Origin: an uncultured Acidobacteriota bacterium
Lineage (GTDB): Bacteria; Acidobacteriota; Terriglobia; Acidiferrales; UBA7541
DNA: 64,000 bases
NCBI GenBank assembly: GCA_963719065.1
Contig: CAVRAM010000002.1
Span: forward strand, 176,882-240,881
Direction: 5' to 3'
Shown: piece after piece, positions 18,256 to 25,611 of the stretch
Layout of the letters: each line of letters opens with the position of its first letter
Numbering within the stretch: position 1 is the first letter of the stretch
The notes under the pieces: generated by a model
Database searches by the model: none
The model's input: only the letters and a program-made list of their open reading frames with translations
Told to the model about the DNA's origin: nothing
Translations under genes and position numbers: made by a program

Positions 18256-18333
18256 AAGTTTGCGTGGAGGCGGGATGCCGCGCTGAAGGCCGCGGCGCTA
18301 CATCTAAATCTTAAAGAGGGCGCCGAGACGCGA
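18256..18333 (+). repeat. Intergenic repeat family, copy b (78-nt long form)
   Basis: aagtttgcgtggaggcgggatgccgcgctgaaggccgcggcgctacatctaaatcttaaagagggcgccgagacgcga. About 70/78 identical to copy c by hand alignment. Confidence 0.8.
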
Positions 18334-18391
18334 TGGCGTTTGGCGCAGGCGGCGTGGAAGTGAGGCGGGGATGCTGCTAAACTCGGCGCGT

Positions 18392-18478
18392 GCGGTCGTG
18401 GCGGAATTGGCAGACGCGCCAGCCTTAGGAGCTGGTGGGCGAAAGCCCGTAGGGGTTCGAGTCCCTTCGGCCGCACCA
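18392..18478 (+). tRNA. tRNA-Leu (anticodon TAG), 87 nt with long variable arm, CCA encoded
   Basis: Acceptor GCGGTCG/CGGCCGC, anticodon arm CCAGC-CTTAGGA-GCTGG, variable arm TGGGCGAAAGCCCGT, T-loop GGTTCGAGTCC, 3' ACCA. Confidence 0.9.
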
Positions 18479-18500
18479 ACTTCCTCCGTGGTACGGATCC

Positions 18501-19235
18501 TCACTTCGTTTTACTGTTCAGTTTAATCGTCATCGACAGGCCGAGGATTCGGTTGGAATCCCAGCCCACCGGCAGGTTGACCGACTGAAGCAGAAAGTAT
18601 GGGCGGACCGAAAGCGCATCTGTGATGGGAAATCGAACTCCTGCCTGAAAGCGATTCTGGGTAAAGCTGCCACCAGCGGCGAAGCTGTTCGTGCCGGGAA
18701 CGAAAAAAAGTTCGTCGCTCACGACGACGACCGGGCGCCGCTTCATCGGCACCGGCAGTGTGTAATCGACGCCAGGTCGAATTCGAATTCGGGCGGAAGC
18801 GATAAGGTCGTCGGGAAGACGCCCCTCGATTAACGTCCGGAGATTTGGCCGCCACGGCCCTCGCGAAGTGGCCACGGTTACGTTGAGGAGCAGGCGGTTT
18901 TCGTACGCGACTGCGGGATTTCCCGGGAAACGTTGGTAGCGGTAGATCGGAGTAATCGTCAGCCACGGCCGGACGCGAAACGCGATGCCACCCTGGAAAA
19001 AGTATTCGTAGAAATTCGAAACGTGTTCGTCGGATCGTTGGTGCGCCTCAAATTCCAGCGAAGTGCCGGGCGTCAATCCGTAGGAAATTCCCTGATCGAG
19101 CCATAGACCCAGCTTTTTGTCGTCTTCCGGGTCTTCCGGGGGCTGAGGCTGCTGCGCGGCGGCGCGGCCGACGACGAGGAAACAGAGTACGGCGGCGAGC
19201 AAAAGGCATTTTCGGATGAGCATGGGGACGGGCAT
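18501..19235 (-). CDS. DUF2490-like outer-membrane beta-barrel protein
   Basis: Signal peptide (LLLAAVLCFLVVGRAAAQQ). There are alternating-hydrophobicity beta-strand segments with Y/R/F-rich turns. The start could instead be the ATG 12 nt downstream. Confidence 0.6.
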   Translation of the reverse strand: MPVPMLIRKCLLLAAVLCFLVVGRAAAQQPQPPEDPEDDKKLGLWLDQGISYGLTPGTSLEFEAHQRSDEHVSNFYEYFFQGGIAFRVRPWLTITPIYRYQRFPGNPAVAYENRLLLNVTVATSRGPWRPNLRTLIEGRLPDDLIASARIRIRPGVDYTLPVPMKRRPVVVVSDELFFVPGTNSFAAGGSFTQNRFQAGVRFPITDALSVRPYFLLQSVNLPVGWDSNRILGLSMTIKLNSKTK

Positions 19236-19416
19236 CTATCGCGTTCGGCTCTAAGGGGCGAGCGAGGAGTTGCCGGACATCATATAGACAACAACGGCTC
19301 GTAGAAAGAAATTCTAGCTACGGTTTCATGCTCGATCATGCCGGCTATTCGACAGATCTAAGCATCTGGTACCCCAAAGGCAAATGATTCAAGCCAGTGC
19401 GCCGGCCTGCGGGGCT

Positions 19417-19494
19417 AAGTTTGCGTGAAAGCGGGATGCCGCGCTGAAGGCCGCGGCGCGACATTTACACCTTAAAGACGGCGCCGAGGCGCGA
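19417..19494 (+). repeat. Intergenic repeat family, copy c (78-nt long form)
   Basis: aagtttgcgtgaaagcgggatgccgcgctgaaggccgcggcgcgacatttacaccttaaagacggcgccgaggcgcga. It ends 4 nt before the padR -35 hexamer. Confidence 0.8.
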
Positions 19495-19498
19495 CACC

Positions 19499-19529
19499 TT
19501 GACTATCTACAGCTAGTCGTGTAGATAAT
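19499..19529 (+). promoter_or_regulatory. Sigma-70-type promoter TTGACT-N17-TAGATA(AT) with embedded inverted repeat ATCTACA-N8-TGTAGAT (candidate PadR operator)
   Basis: Read directly. -35 is at 19499-19504, the inverted-repeat arms are 19505-19511 and 19520-19526, and -10 is at 19522-19527. The PadR ATG at 19536 is only 8 nt after the -10 and has no Shine-Dalgarno sequence. Confidence 0.55.
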
Positions 19530-19535
19530 CATGGT

Positions 19536-19865
19536 ATGGGGAAACCAAGCGATCTGGTTCAGGGCACTCTCGATCTTCTGATTCTGAAAACTATTTCGCT
19601 CGAGCCGAAGCACGGCTGGGCGATCGCCAAACGAATCCAACAAATTTCCCGCGACGTGCTGCAAGTGCAGCAAGGATCGCTCTACCCTGCCCTGCACCGG
19701 CTGGAGCAGAAAGGCTGGGTGCGTGCGAAGTGGGGCGAAACCGAGACGGGACGCCAAGCGAAGTTCTACGCGCTGACCGCCGCGGGGCGCGCTCAACTGG
19801 AAAATGAAAAAGACAACTGGAGCCGGCTGTCGGCTGCCATCGATCTGGTAGTGGAGACGCCGTAG
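19536..19865 (+). CDS. PadR-family transcriptional regulator (acidobacterial type)
   Basis: LVQGTLDLLILKTISLEPKHGWAIAKRIQQISRDVLQVQQGSLYPALHRLEQKGWV is the PadR winged-helix signature. It lies 12 nt upstream of the ADOP permease gene. Confidence 0.9.
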   Translation: MGKPSDLVQGTLDLLILKTISLEPKHGWAIAKRIQQISRDVLQVQQGSLYPALHRLEQKGWVRAKWGETETGRQAKFYALTAAGRAQLENEKDNWSRLSAAIDLVVETP

Positions 19866-19877
19866 GAGCGCGCCGCG

Positions 19878-22559
19878 ATGAACAAGACACAAAACTGGAT
19901 CGACCGGCTGCGCGCGAAGGTGCAGACGCTGTTTGGCAAGCGCGCCGCGGAGCATCAGCTGGACGATGAAATGAAATTCCATCTGGAGCAGCAGATCGCC
20001 GAGAACGTGGCGGCGGGGATGAGCGCGGAAGACGCGCGCAACGCAGCGCTGCGAATGTTTGGCAACGCGGCGGTGCTGAAAGAAGAGGCGCGCGACGCGT
20101 GGGGATGGAATTGGCTGGAGCAGACGACGCAAGACGTGCGGTACGGATTGCGCGCGCTGCGAAAGAGCCCGATGTTCACGGCGGTGGCGGTGTTGACGCT
20201 GGCGCTGGGCATCGGCGCGAACACGGCGATTTTTTCGTTCGTGTATGGGGTGCTGCTTGCGCCGCTGCCCTACCGCGATGCTGCGAGCCTGGTGGTGTTG
20301 AACGAAACGACGCCGAGAGTGGGGACGGTGAGCGTGTCGTATCTGAATTTTGTGGACTGGCGCGCGCAGAATCAATCTTTCTCGCAGATGGCGTACGTGG
20401 AGCAGATGAGCTTCAACCTGGCGGGCGCGGGTGTCAGCCGGCCGGAGAATATTCGAGGCGACGCGGTACCGCCGAATTATCTTTCGATGATGGGCGTGCA
20501 GCCGCTGCTGGGCCGCGATTTCGACGCGGCGGAAGGAAATGCGGGGGCGCCGCGCGTTTTGCTGCTCGGCTATGAGATCTGGCAATCGCATTTTGGCGCG
20601 GACCCAGGCGTGGTTGGGCGCACGATTGCGCTCGATGGAAACAACTTCACGATCATCGGGGTGCTGCCGGCGAATTACCGGTCGCTGGACAAGATCGACG
20701 TGATGCTGCCGCTTGGCGTGTGGCTGACGAACAACAAGCAAGATGAGTCGAGCCGAGGAGATCGCGGAGACAGCACGGTGTTCGGACGGCTCGCGCCGGG
20801 CGTTTCGTACAAGCAAGCGCGGGTGGAGATGGAAGGAATCGCCGCGCGGCTGGCGAAGCAATATCCGGAGGCGAACGATCAATTCGGTGTGGAACTGACT
20901 TCGATTCGCGAAGCGTTCGCGGGAAATATGCGAACGCAGATTCTGGTGCTGTTTGGCGCCGTGGTATTTGTGCTGCTGATCGCGTGCGCGAACGTGGCGA
21001 ATCTGTTTCTGGTTCGCGGGGCGGCGAGGTCGAAGGAGATTGCGCTACGCATGGCGTTTGGCGCGAGCCGGATGCGAATTGTCCGGCAACTGCTGACCGA
21101 GAGCCTGGTGCTGGCGCTGCTGGGAAGCGCAGTAGGGTTGCTGCTGGCATTCGGCGGAGTGAGGCTGATCACGGGCTTGATTCCGATGGACTCGCTTGCC
21201 GGCGCGCAGGTGGGGCTGAATGGCGCGGTGCTGCTGTTTACGGCGGGCGCAGCTTTGATCGCGGCGGCGCTTTTTGGAATTGCGCCGGCCATTTATGGCG
21301 CGAAGCGTGACGTGCAGAGCGATCTGAAGGAAGGCGGGAGGACGGCGAGCGTTGGGGCGTCGCACAACCGGCTGCGTTCGGTGCTGGCAGTGGTGGAGAT
21401 TTCGCTCGCGCTCGTGCTGCTGGCCGGAACCGGGCTGATGCTGCAGAGCCTATACAAATTGATTCGCGTGAATCCCGGGTTCCGACCGGAGCGGGTGTTG
21501 ACGATGGAAATGTATTTGAGTTCGCAACGCTACGACAAAGAGCCGGCGGTACTGGCATTTTGGAAGCAGGTGCTGGACGGTGTGCGCGCGCTGCCGGGCG
21601 TGGAAAGCGCGGCCCTGGGAAATCATATTCCGCTCACAGATAGCCACGGGCGCACGGATATTACGATCGAGGGAATGGCGCTGCTGAAGCCAGGAAGTTT
21701 TCCGCATCCGGATACTCACGGAATTTCTCCGGACTACGTGAAGACTTTGGGGATGACGCTCGAGCGCGGTCGAGAATTCACGGACGAAGACAACGGAACG
21801 GCTCCGCTGGTGGCGCTGGTGAACGACAGGCTCGCGCGGCAGTATTGGCCGAATCAGGATCCGATCGGAAAACGATTCATGTGGGGACGGCTGGATCCGA
21901 ACGCGAAGGAACCGCCGAAGTGGCTGACCGTCGTCGGCGTGGTGGGCGACACAAAAATGTACGGGCTCGAAAATCCGTCGCGCCTCGAAGTGTATTGCCC
22001 GCTGCAGCAAAACGTTTACAGTGATGCGACGCTGCTGGTGAAATCGAGAATCGATGAGGCCGCGCTGACCGCGGCGATTCGCGGCGTGGTGGCTTCGGCG
22101 GATAAAGACCAACCGATTTTTGGAATCGCGACGATGGACAAGATTGTGAGTGACGGAGTGTCGTCGCAGCGGATGACCCTGGTGTTGCTCGGATTATTCA
22201 GCGGACTGGCGGTGATCCTGGCGGCGATCGGAATTTACGGCGTGATTTCGTACGCGGTGGCCCAGAGGACGCATGAGATCGGAATCAGGATGTCGCTCGG
22301 TGCGCAGCGCGGCGACATATTGAAGATGATTCTGGGGCAGGGCGGGAAAATCGCGCTGGTCGGAATTGTGATTGGAGTGGCGGCGGCGTTTGGATTTACG
22401 CGGATGATGAGTGGGTTGCTGTATTCGGTGCGAGCGGGCGATCCGCTGACGTTTGCGGCGGTGACGGGATTGCTGGTTGTAGTTGTGCTGCTCGCATGCT
22501 ACTTACCGGCACGGCGCGCGATGGGCGTGGAGCCGATTACGGCGCTGAGGCATGAGTAG
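19878..22559 (+). CDS. Duplicated FtsX/MacB-type ABC permease without adjacent ATPase (ADOP family)
   Basis: 893 aa. The N-terminal DDEMKFHLEQQIAENVAAGMSAEDARNAALRMFGN is typical of ADOP proteins. There are two MacB-periplasmic plus FtsX 4-TM modules, and the C-terminal YLPARRAMGVEPITALRHE is an FtsX terminus. Confidence 0.9.
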   Translation: MNKTQNWIDRLRAKVQTLFGKRAAEHQLDDEMKFHLEQQIAENVAAGMSAEDARNAALRMFGNAAVLKEEARDAWGWNWLEQTTQDVRYGLRALRKSPMFTAVAVLTLALGIGANTAIFSFVYGVLLAPLPYRDAASLVVLNETTPRVGTVSVSYLNFVDWRAQNQSFSQMAYVEQMSFNLAGAGVSRPENIRGDAVPPNYLSMMGVQPLLGRDFDAAEGNAGAPRVLLLGYEIWQSHFGADPGVVGRTIALDGNNFTIIGVLPANYRSLDKIDVMLPLGVWLTNNKQDESSRGDRGDSTVFGRLAPGVSYKQARVEMEGIAARLAKQYPEANDQFGVELTSIREAFAGNMRTQILVLFGAVVFVLLIACANVANLFLVRGAARSKEIALRMAFGASRMRIVRQLLTESLVLALLGSAVGLLLAFGGVRLITGLIPMDSLAGAQVGLNGAVLLFTAGAALIAAALFGIAPAIYGAKRDVQSDLKEGGRTASVGASHNRLRSVLAVVEISLALVLLAGTGLMLQSLYKLIRVNPGFRPERVLTMEMYLSSQRYDKEPAVLAFWKQVLDGVRALPGVESAALGNHIPLTDSHGRTDITIEGMALLKPGSFPHPDTHGISPDYVKTLGMTLERGREFTDEDNGTAPLVALVNDRLARQYWPNQDPIGKRFMWGRLDPNAKEPPKWLTVVGVVGDTKMYGLENPSRLEVYCPLQQNVYSDATLLVKSRIDEAALTAAIRGVVASADKDQPIFGIATMDKIVSDGVSSQRMTLVLLGLFSGLAVILAAIGIYGVISYAVAQRTHEIGIRMSLGAQRGDILKMILGQGGKIALVGIVIGVAAAFGFTRMMSGLLYSVRAGDPLTFAAVTGLLVVVVLLACYLPARRAMGVEPITALRHE

Positions 22560-22597
22560 CGGCGGAAGTGTTGTGCGTGGCGGCAGAGTGGTGGCGG

Positions 22598-22706
22598 AGT
22601 TTGCGCGAAGATTGCACGAATGCCGGATGCCGCGCTGAAGGCCGCGGCGCTACATTGAAATCTTAGAGGCGGCGCGTCATCACATTGAATCCCTAGAAGC
22701 TGGGCG
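22598..22706 (+). repeat. Intergenic repeat family, copy d (with a 14-nt insertion in the left arm and a partial tandem duplication of the 3' ACATTGAA..CTAGA segment)
   Basis: agtttgcgcgaag-attgcacgaatgcc-ggatgccgcgctgaaggccgcggcgctacattgaaatcttagaggcggcgcg, then tcatcacattgaatccctagaagctgggcg. Confidence 0.75.
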
Positions 22707-23009
22707 TGCGGCGAGGATTCATAGTTTCAAGGTAACGGCTCGGGCTTTCGCGCGGCGAACTGCGTCAATCCGGTCACACATTCCCTCCAAAACTAAAGGC
22801 GAATACCGGGCGTTGCGTTGCGGGCGTTGCAGATGCGCGCGCGTTGAAAGATTCGTGGCTCTGATTCGAGCGGCTCCCCTTATACTAAAAGTTGCGGCTA
22901 GCGCGGATACATCCGTGGTGCGGCTCGGTGTGTTTGTGCGGGTGCGCTGGGCGGCGATTGCACTTTGCTGCGGGAGCCAGGGCTTTTGGGGATTCGGAGA
23001 ATCGGGCGG

Positions 23010-25412
23010 ATGACGAGGTTTTTGAGCTTCGTGGGCGCGTTCGTGAGCACGTGGGCGTTCGTGAGCGCGTGCGTGTGTGTTTGCGCGATGACGGTGGCGG
23101 GACAGAGCGGGCGGGGAGAATTGCGGCTGAAGGTGACTGATCCAGCCGGGCTGGGCGTGAAGTCCACGGTCGAGATCACGAGCGAGGCGAACCAGTATCG
23201 CAGCACGCTGACGACGAGCGAACAAGGCACGCTGGATGTGCAACGGCTGCCGTTTGGAATCTACCGGATCGACATCGCGCAGGCGGGATTTGCAGCGGAA
23301 TCCGACACGGTGGAAATACGCAGCACGATTGCGATCGATTTTGCGATCCAGCTGAAGCTGCCGTCGGTGAAAGAAACGATGGAGGTGAAAAGTCCGGGCA
23401 CGCTGATCGATCCAGACCAGGCCGGTGCCGTCAGCCAGATCGGGTCGGACACGATCGAGAAGCGCGTGAGTTCCCTGCCCGGACGCTCGCTGCAAGATCT
23501 CGTGAACTCGCAGCCCGGATGGCTGTACGAAGGAAACGCGGTGCTGCATCCGCGCGGCTCCGAGTATCAGACCCAGTTCGTAGTGGACGGAATTCCGCTG
23601 ACCGACAACCGGTCGCCGAGTTTCGGGCCGGCGATCGACGCGGACGATGTGCAATCGATCAGCATTTATACCGCGGGAATTCCGGCGGAATACGGGCGGA
23701 AGATGGGCGGCGTGGTGGAAGTAAATACGATCCAGGACCCGCAGGCCGGATTTCACGGCCAGGTGGTGCTGTCCGGCGGAAGCTTTGATACCGCCGGGGC
23801 GTACGCGCAAGGGCAATACGTGTGGGGCAAGAACACGCTGGGTGCGAGCGCCACCGGCAGCATGACCGGGCATTACTTGAATCCGGTGGTGCCGGAAAAT
23901 TACACCAACACCGGAACACTGGGCGATTTTTCGGTGCACTATCAGCGCGATTTCACGCTGAAAGACCGCCTGAGCTTGAGCGTGCGGCATGAAAGCTCGA
24001 ACTACGATCTGCCGAACGAATATGTACAGCAGACATTCTGCTACGCGCCGGGGCAGACGACCGGTCCGCCGTGCCAGCGGCAGACCGCGGATAACGTCGA
24101 GACGATCGGAACGATCTCGTACCAGCACACTTTTTCGTCAAACGTGATGGCCGACATTCGGGCGATGGTGCGCGACAACGCCAACGATTTCAATTCCAAC
24201 GACCTGTCGAACCCGATCGCATTGTTTCAACACAACTGGTTTCGCGAAGGATATGTGAAAGGCAGCATGACCGTGATTCATGGCCGGCACGAGATCAAGT
24301 TTGGCGTCGAGTCTGACAATACATTTCTGAACGAGAATTTCCGTTACGCGATTACCGACCCGACGCAGTTCGATCCCGGCACGCCGCTGACGTTCAGTTT
24401 CATCGCCAACCGGCCGGACCTGGAGCAATCGGCGTTCGTGCAGGATTTAGTGCATTTGGGAAACTGGACGGTGAGCGCGGGTCTGCGTTGGGACCACTAC
24501 CAGCTTTTCCTGAATCGCCAGGCGGTGGATCCGCGCTTTGCGATTGCCCGCTACTTCCGTTCAGCCGATTTGGTGGTTCATTTTTCGTACGACCGCGTGT
24601 TTCAGACGCCGTCGTTTGAAAATATTCTGCTGTCGAGTTCCACGGCCGCCACGCAGCTTGATCCGATTTCGCTGCAACTGCCGGTGGAACCCTCAGAAGG
24701 AAATTATTACGAAGCAGGCGTGACCAAGGGATTTTTCGGGAGAGTAAAACTGGACGCGAATTACTTCCGGCGCCTGGTGAACAATTACGCGGACGACGAT
24801 CAGATCGCGAACACGACGATCAGTTACCCAATCGCGTTCCGGAAGGCGATTATTTATGGAGCGGAAGCGAAGTTGGACGTCCCGGACTGGCACAAATTTT
24901 CGGGGTTCCTGAGTTACACCTACACGGTGGGCAACGCGTGGTTTCCGGTGACCGGCGGATTATTTTTGGGCGACGATGCGGTGATTCCAACGTCAGGGCA
25001 TTTGCCGGACTCGCAGGACCAGCGGAACACGGTGCGCGGGCGGGTGCGCTATCAGGTGACGCCGCGGTTTTGGGTGGCCGGCGGAGTTCAGTACGACACC
25101 GGATTGCCGTTTGATTTTCAGTGCGATCCATCGTTGACGATGCCGCAGTGCATCGCCGGCGTGGTGCAGCAATACGGGCAGCAGGTGGTGAACCGGATCA
25201 ATTTCGATCGCGGACGGATTTATCCGGCGTTTCAGGTGAACGCATCGGCAGGGGCGAATATATATACGTCCGACCGGATGAAGATGCAGTTGCAGTTGGA
25301 CGGGCAGAATTTGACGAACGTGCTCAACGTGATCGATTTCGGGGGATTGTTCTCGGGCAACGCGATTGGTCCGTCGCGGAGCTACGCGCTCAGGCTACAG
25401 ACGACGTTCTAG
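23010..25412 (+). CDS. TonB-dependent outer-membrane receptor with N-terminal carboxypeptidase-regulatory-like domain
   Basis: Signal peptide, then LRLKVTDPAGLGVKS...LPFGIYRIDIAQAGF (a CarboxypepD_reg-like beta-sandwich). The plug follows (SLPGRSLQDLVNSQPGW...HPRGSEYQTQFVVDGIPL), then a long beta-barrel ending ...SYALRLQTTF. Confidence 0.85.
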   Translation: MTRFLSFVGAFVSTWAFVSACVCVCAMTVAGQSGRGELRLKVTDPAGLGVKSTVEITSEANQYRSTLTTSEQGTLDVQRLPFGIYRIDIAQAGFAAESDTVEIRSTIAIDFAIQLKLPSVKETMEVKSPGTLIDPDQAGAVSQIGSDTIEKRVSSLPGRSLQDLVNSQPGWLYEGNAVLHPRGSEYQTQFVVDGIPLTDNRSPSFGPAIDADDVQSISIYTAGIPAEYGRKMGGVVEVNTIQDPQAGFHGQVVLSGGSFDTAGAYAQGQYVWGKNTLGASATGSMTGHYLNPVVPENYTNTGTLGDFSVHYQRDFTLKDRLSLSVRHESSNYDLPNEYVQQTFCYAPGQTTGPPCQRQTADNVETIGTISYQHTFSSNVMADIRAMVRDNANDFNSNDLSNPIALFQHNWFREGYVKGSMTVIHGRHEIKFGVESDNTFLNENFRYAITDPTQFDPGTPLTFSFIANRPDLEQSAFVQDLVHLGNWTVSAGLRWDHYQLFLNRQAVDPRFAIARYFRSADLVVHFSYDRVFQTPSFENILLSSSTAATQLDPISLQLPVEPSEGNYYEAGVTKGFFGRVKLDANYFRRLVNNYADDDQIANTTISYPIAFRKAIIYGAEAKLDVPDWHKFSGFLSYTYTVGNAWFPVTGGLFLGDDAVIPTSGHLPDSQDQRNTVRGRVRYQVTPRFWVAGGVQYDTGLPFDFQCDPSLTMPQCIAGVVQQYGQQVVNRINFDRGRIYPAFQVNASAGANIYTSDRMKMQLQLDGQNLTNVLNVIDFGGLFSGNAIGPSRSYALRLQTTF

Positions 25413-25459
25413 CCTTCACATATCTGCGGCGCTCGCGAAGTCTCGAGCTCACGGCCGAG

Positions 25460-25489
25460 TTGACGCGAGTTTGGGGATTCCCTTATACT
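25460..25489 (+). promoter_or_regulatory. Candidate sigma-70 promoter for tig: TTGACG-N18-TATACT
   Basis: Read directly. It lies about 120 nt upstream of the tig ATG. Confidence 0.4.
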
Positions 25490-25611
25490 GAAAAACAGAG
25501 CGTGGCGCGTTGTGCGCCGGCTTTCCTGCCCGTTCCTTCTGATTGTTCCGAACAGGTAAAAGGCAGAATCACCCCGCGGCGTTGTGTTTTGCGCCCTGAA
25601 AGAAAACCCAA

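Noticed and set aside
18256-18333. Possibility that the repeat core encodes a conserved peptide (..DAALKAAALHLNLKEGAE..).
   Set aside because: There is no in-frame start codon nearby in copy b. Copy d terminates at TGA directly after ..LH. Copies a and e diverge in frame-breaking ways, and the flanking sequence differs in every copy.
22707-23009. Looked for a cobalamin or TPP riboswitch upstream of the TonB-dependent receptor.
   Set aside because: None of the conserved cores (B12 box; TPP CTGAGA ... ACCTGATCTGGATAATGCCAGCG) is present.
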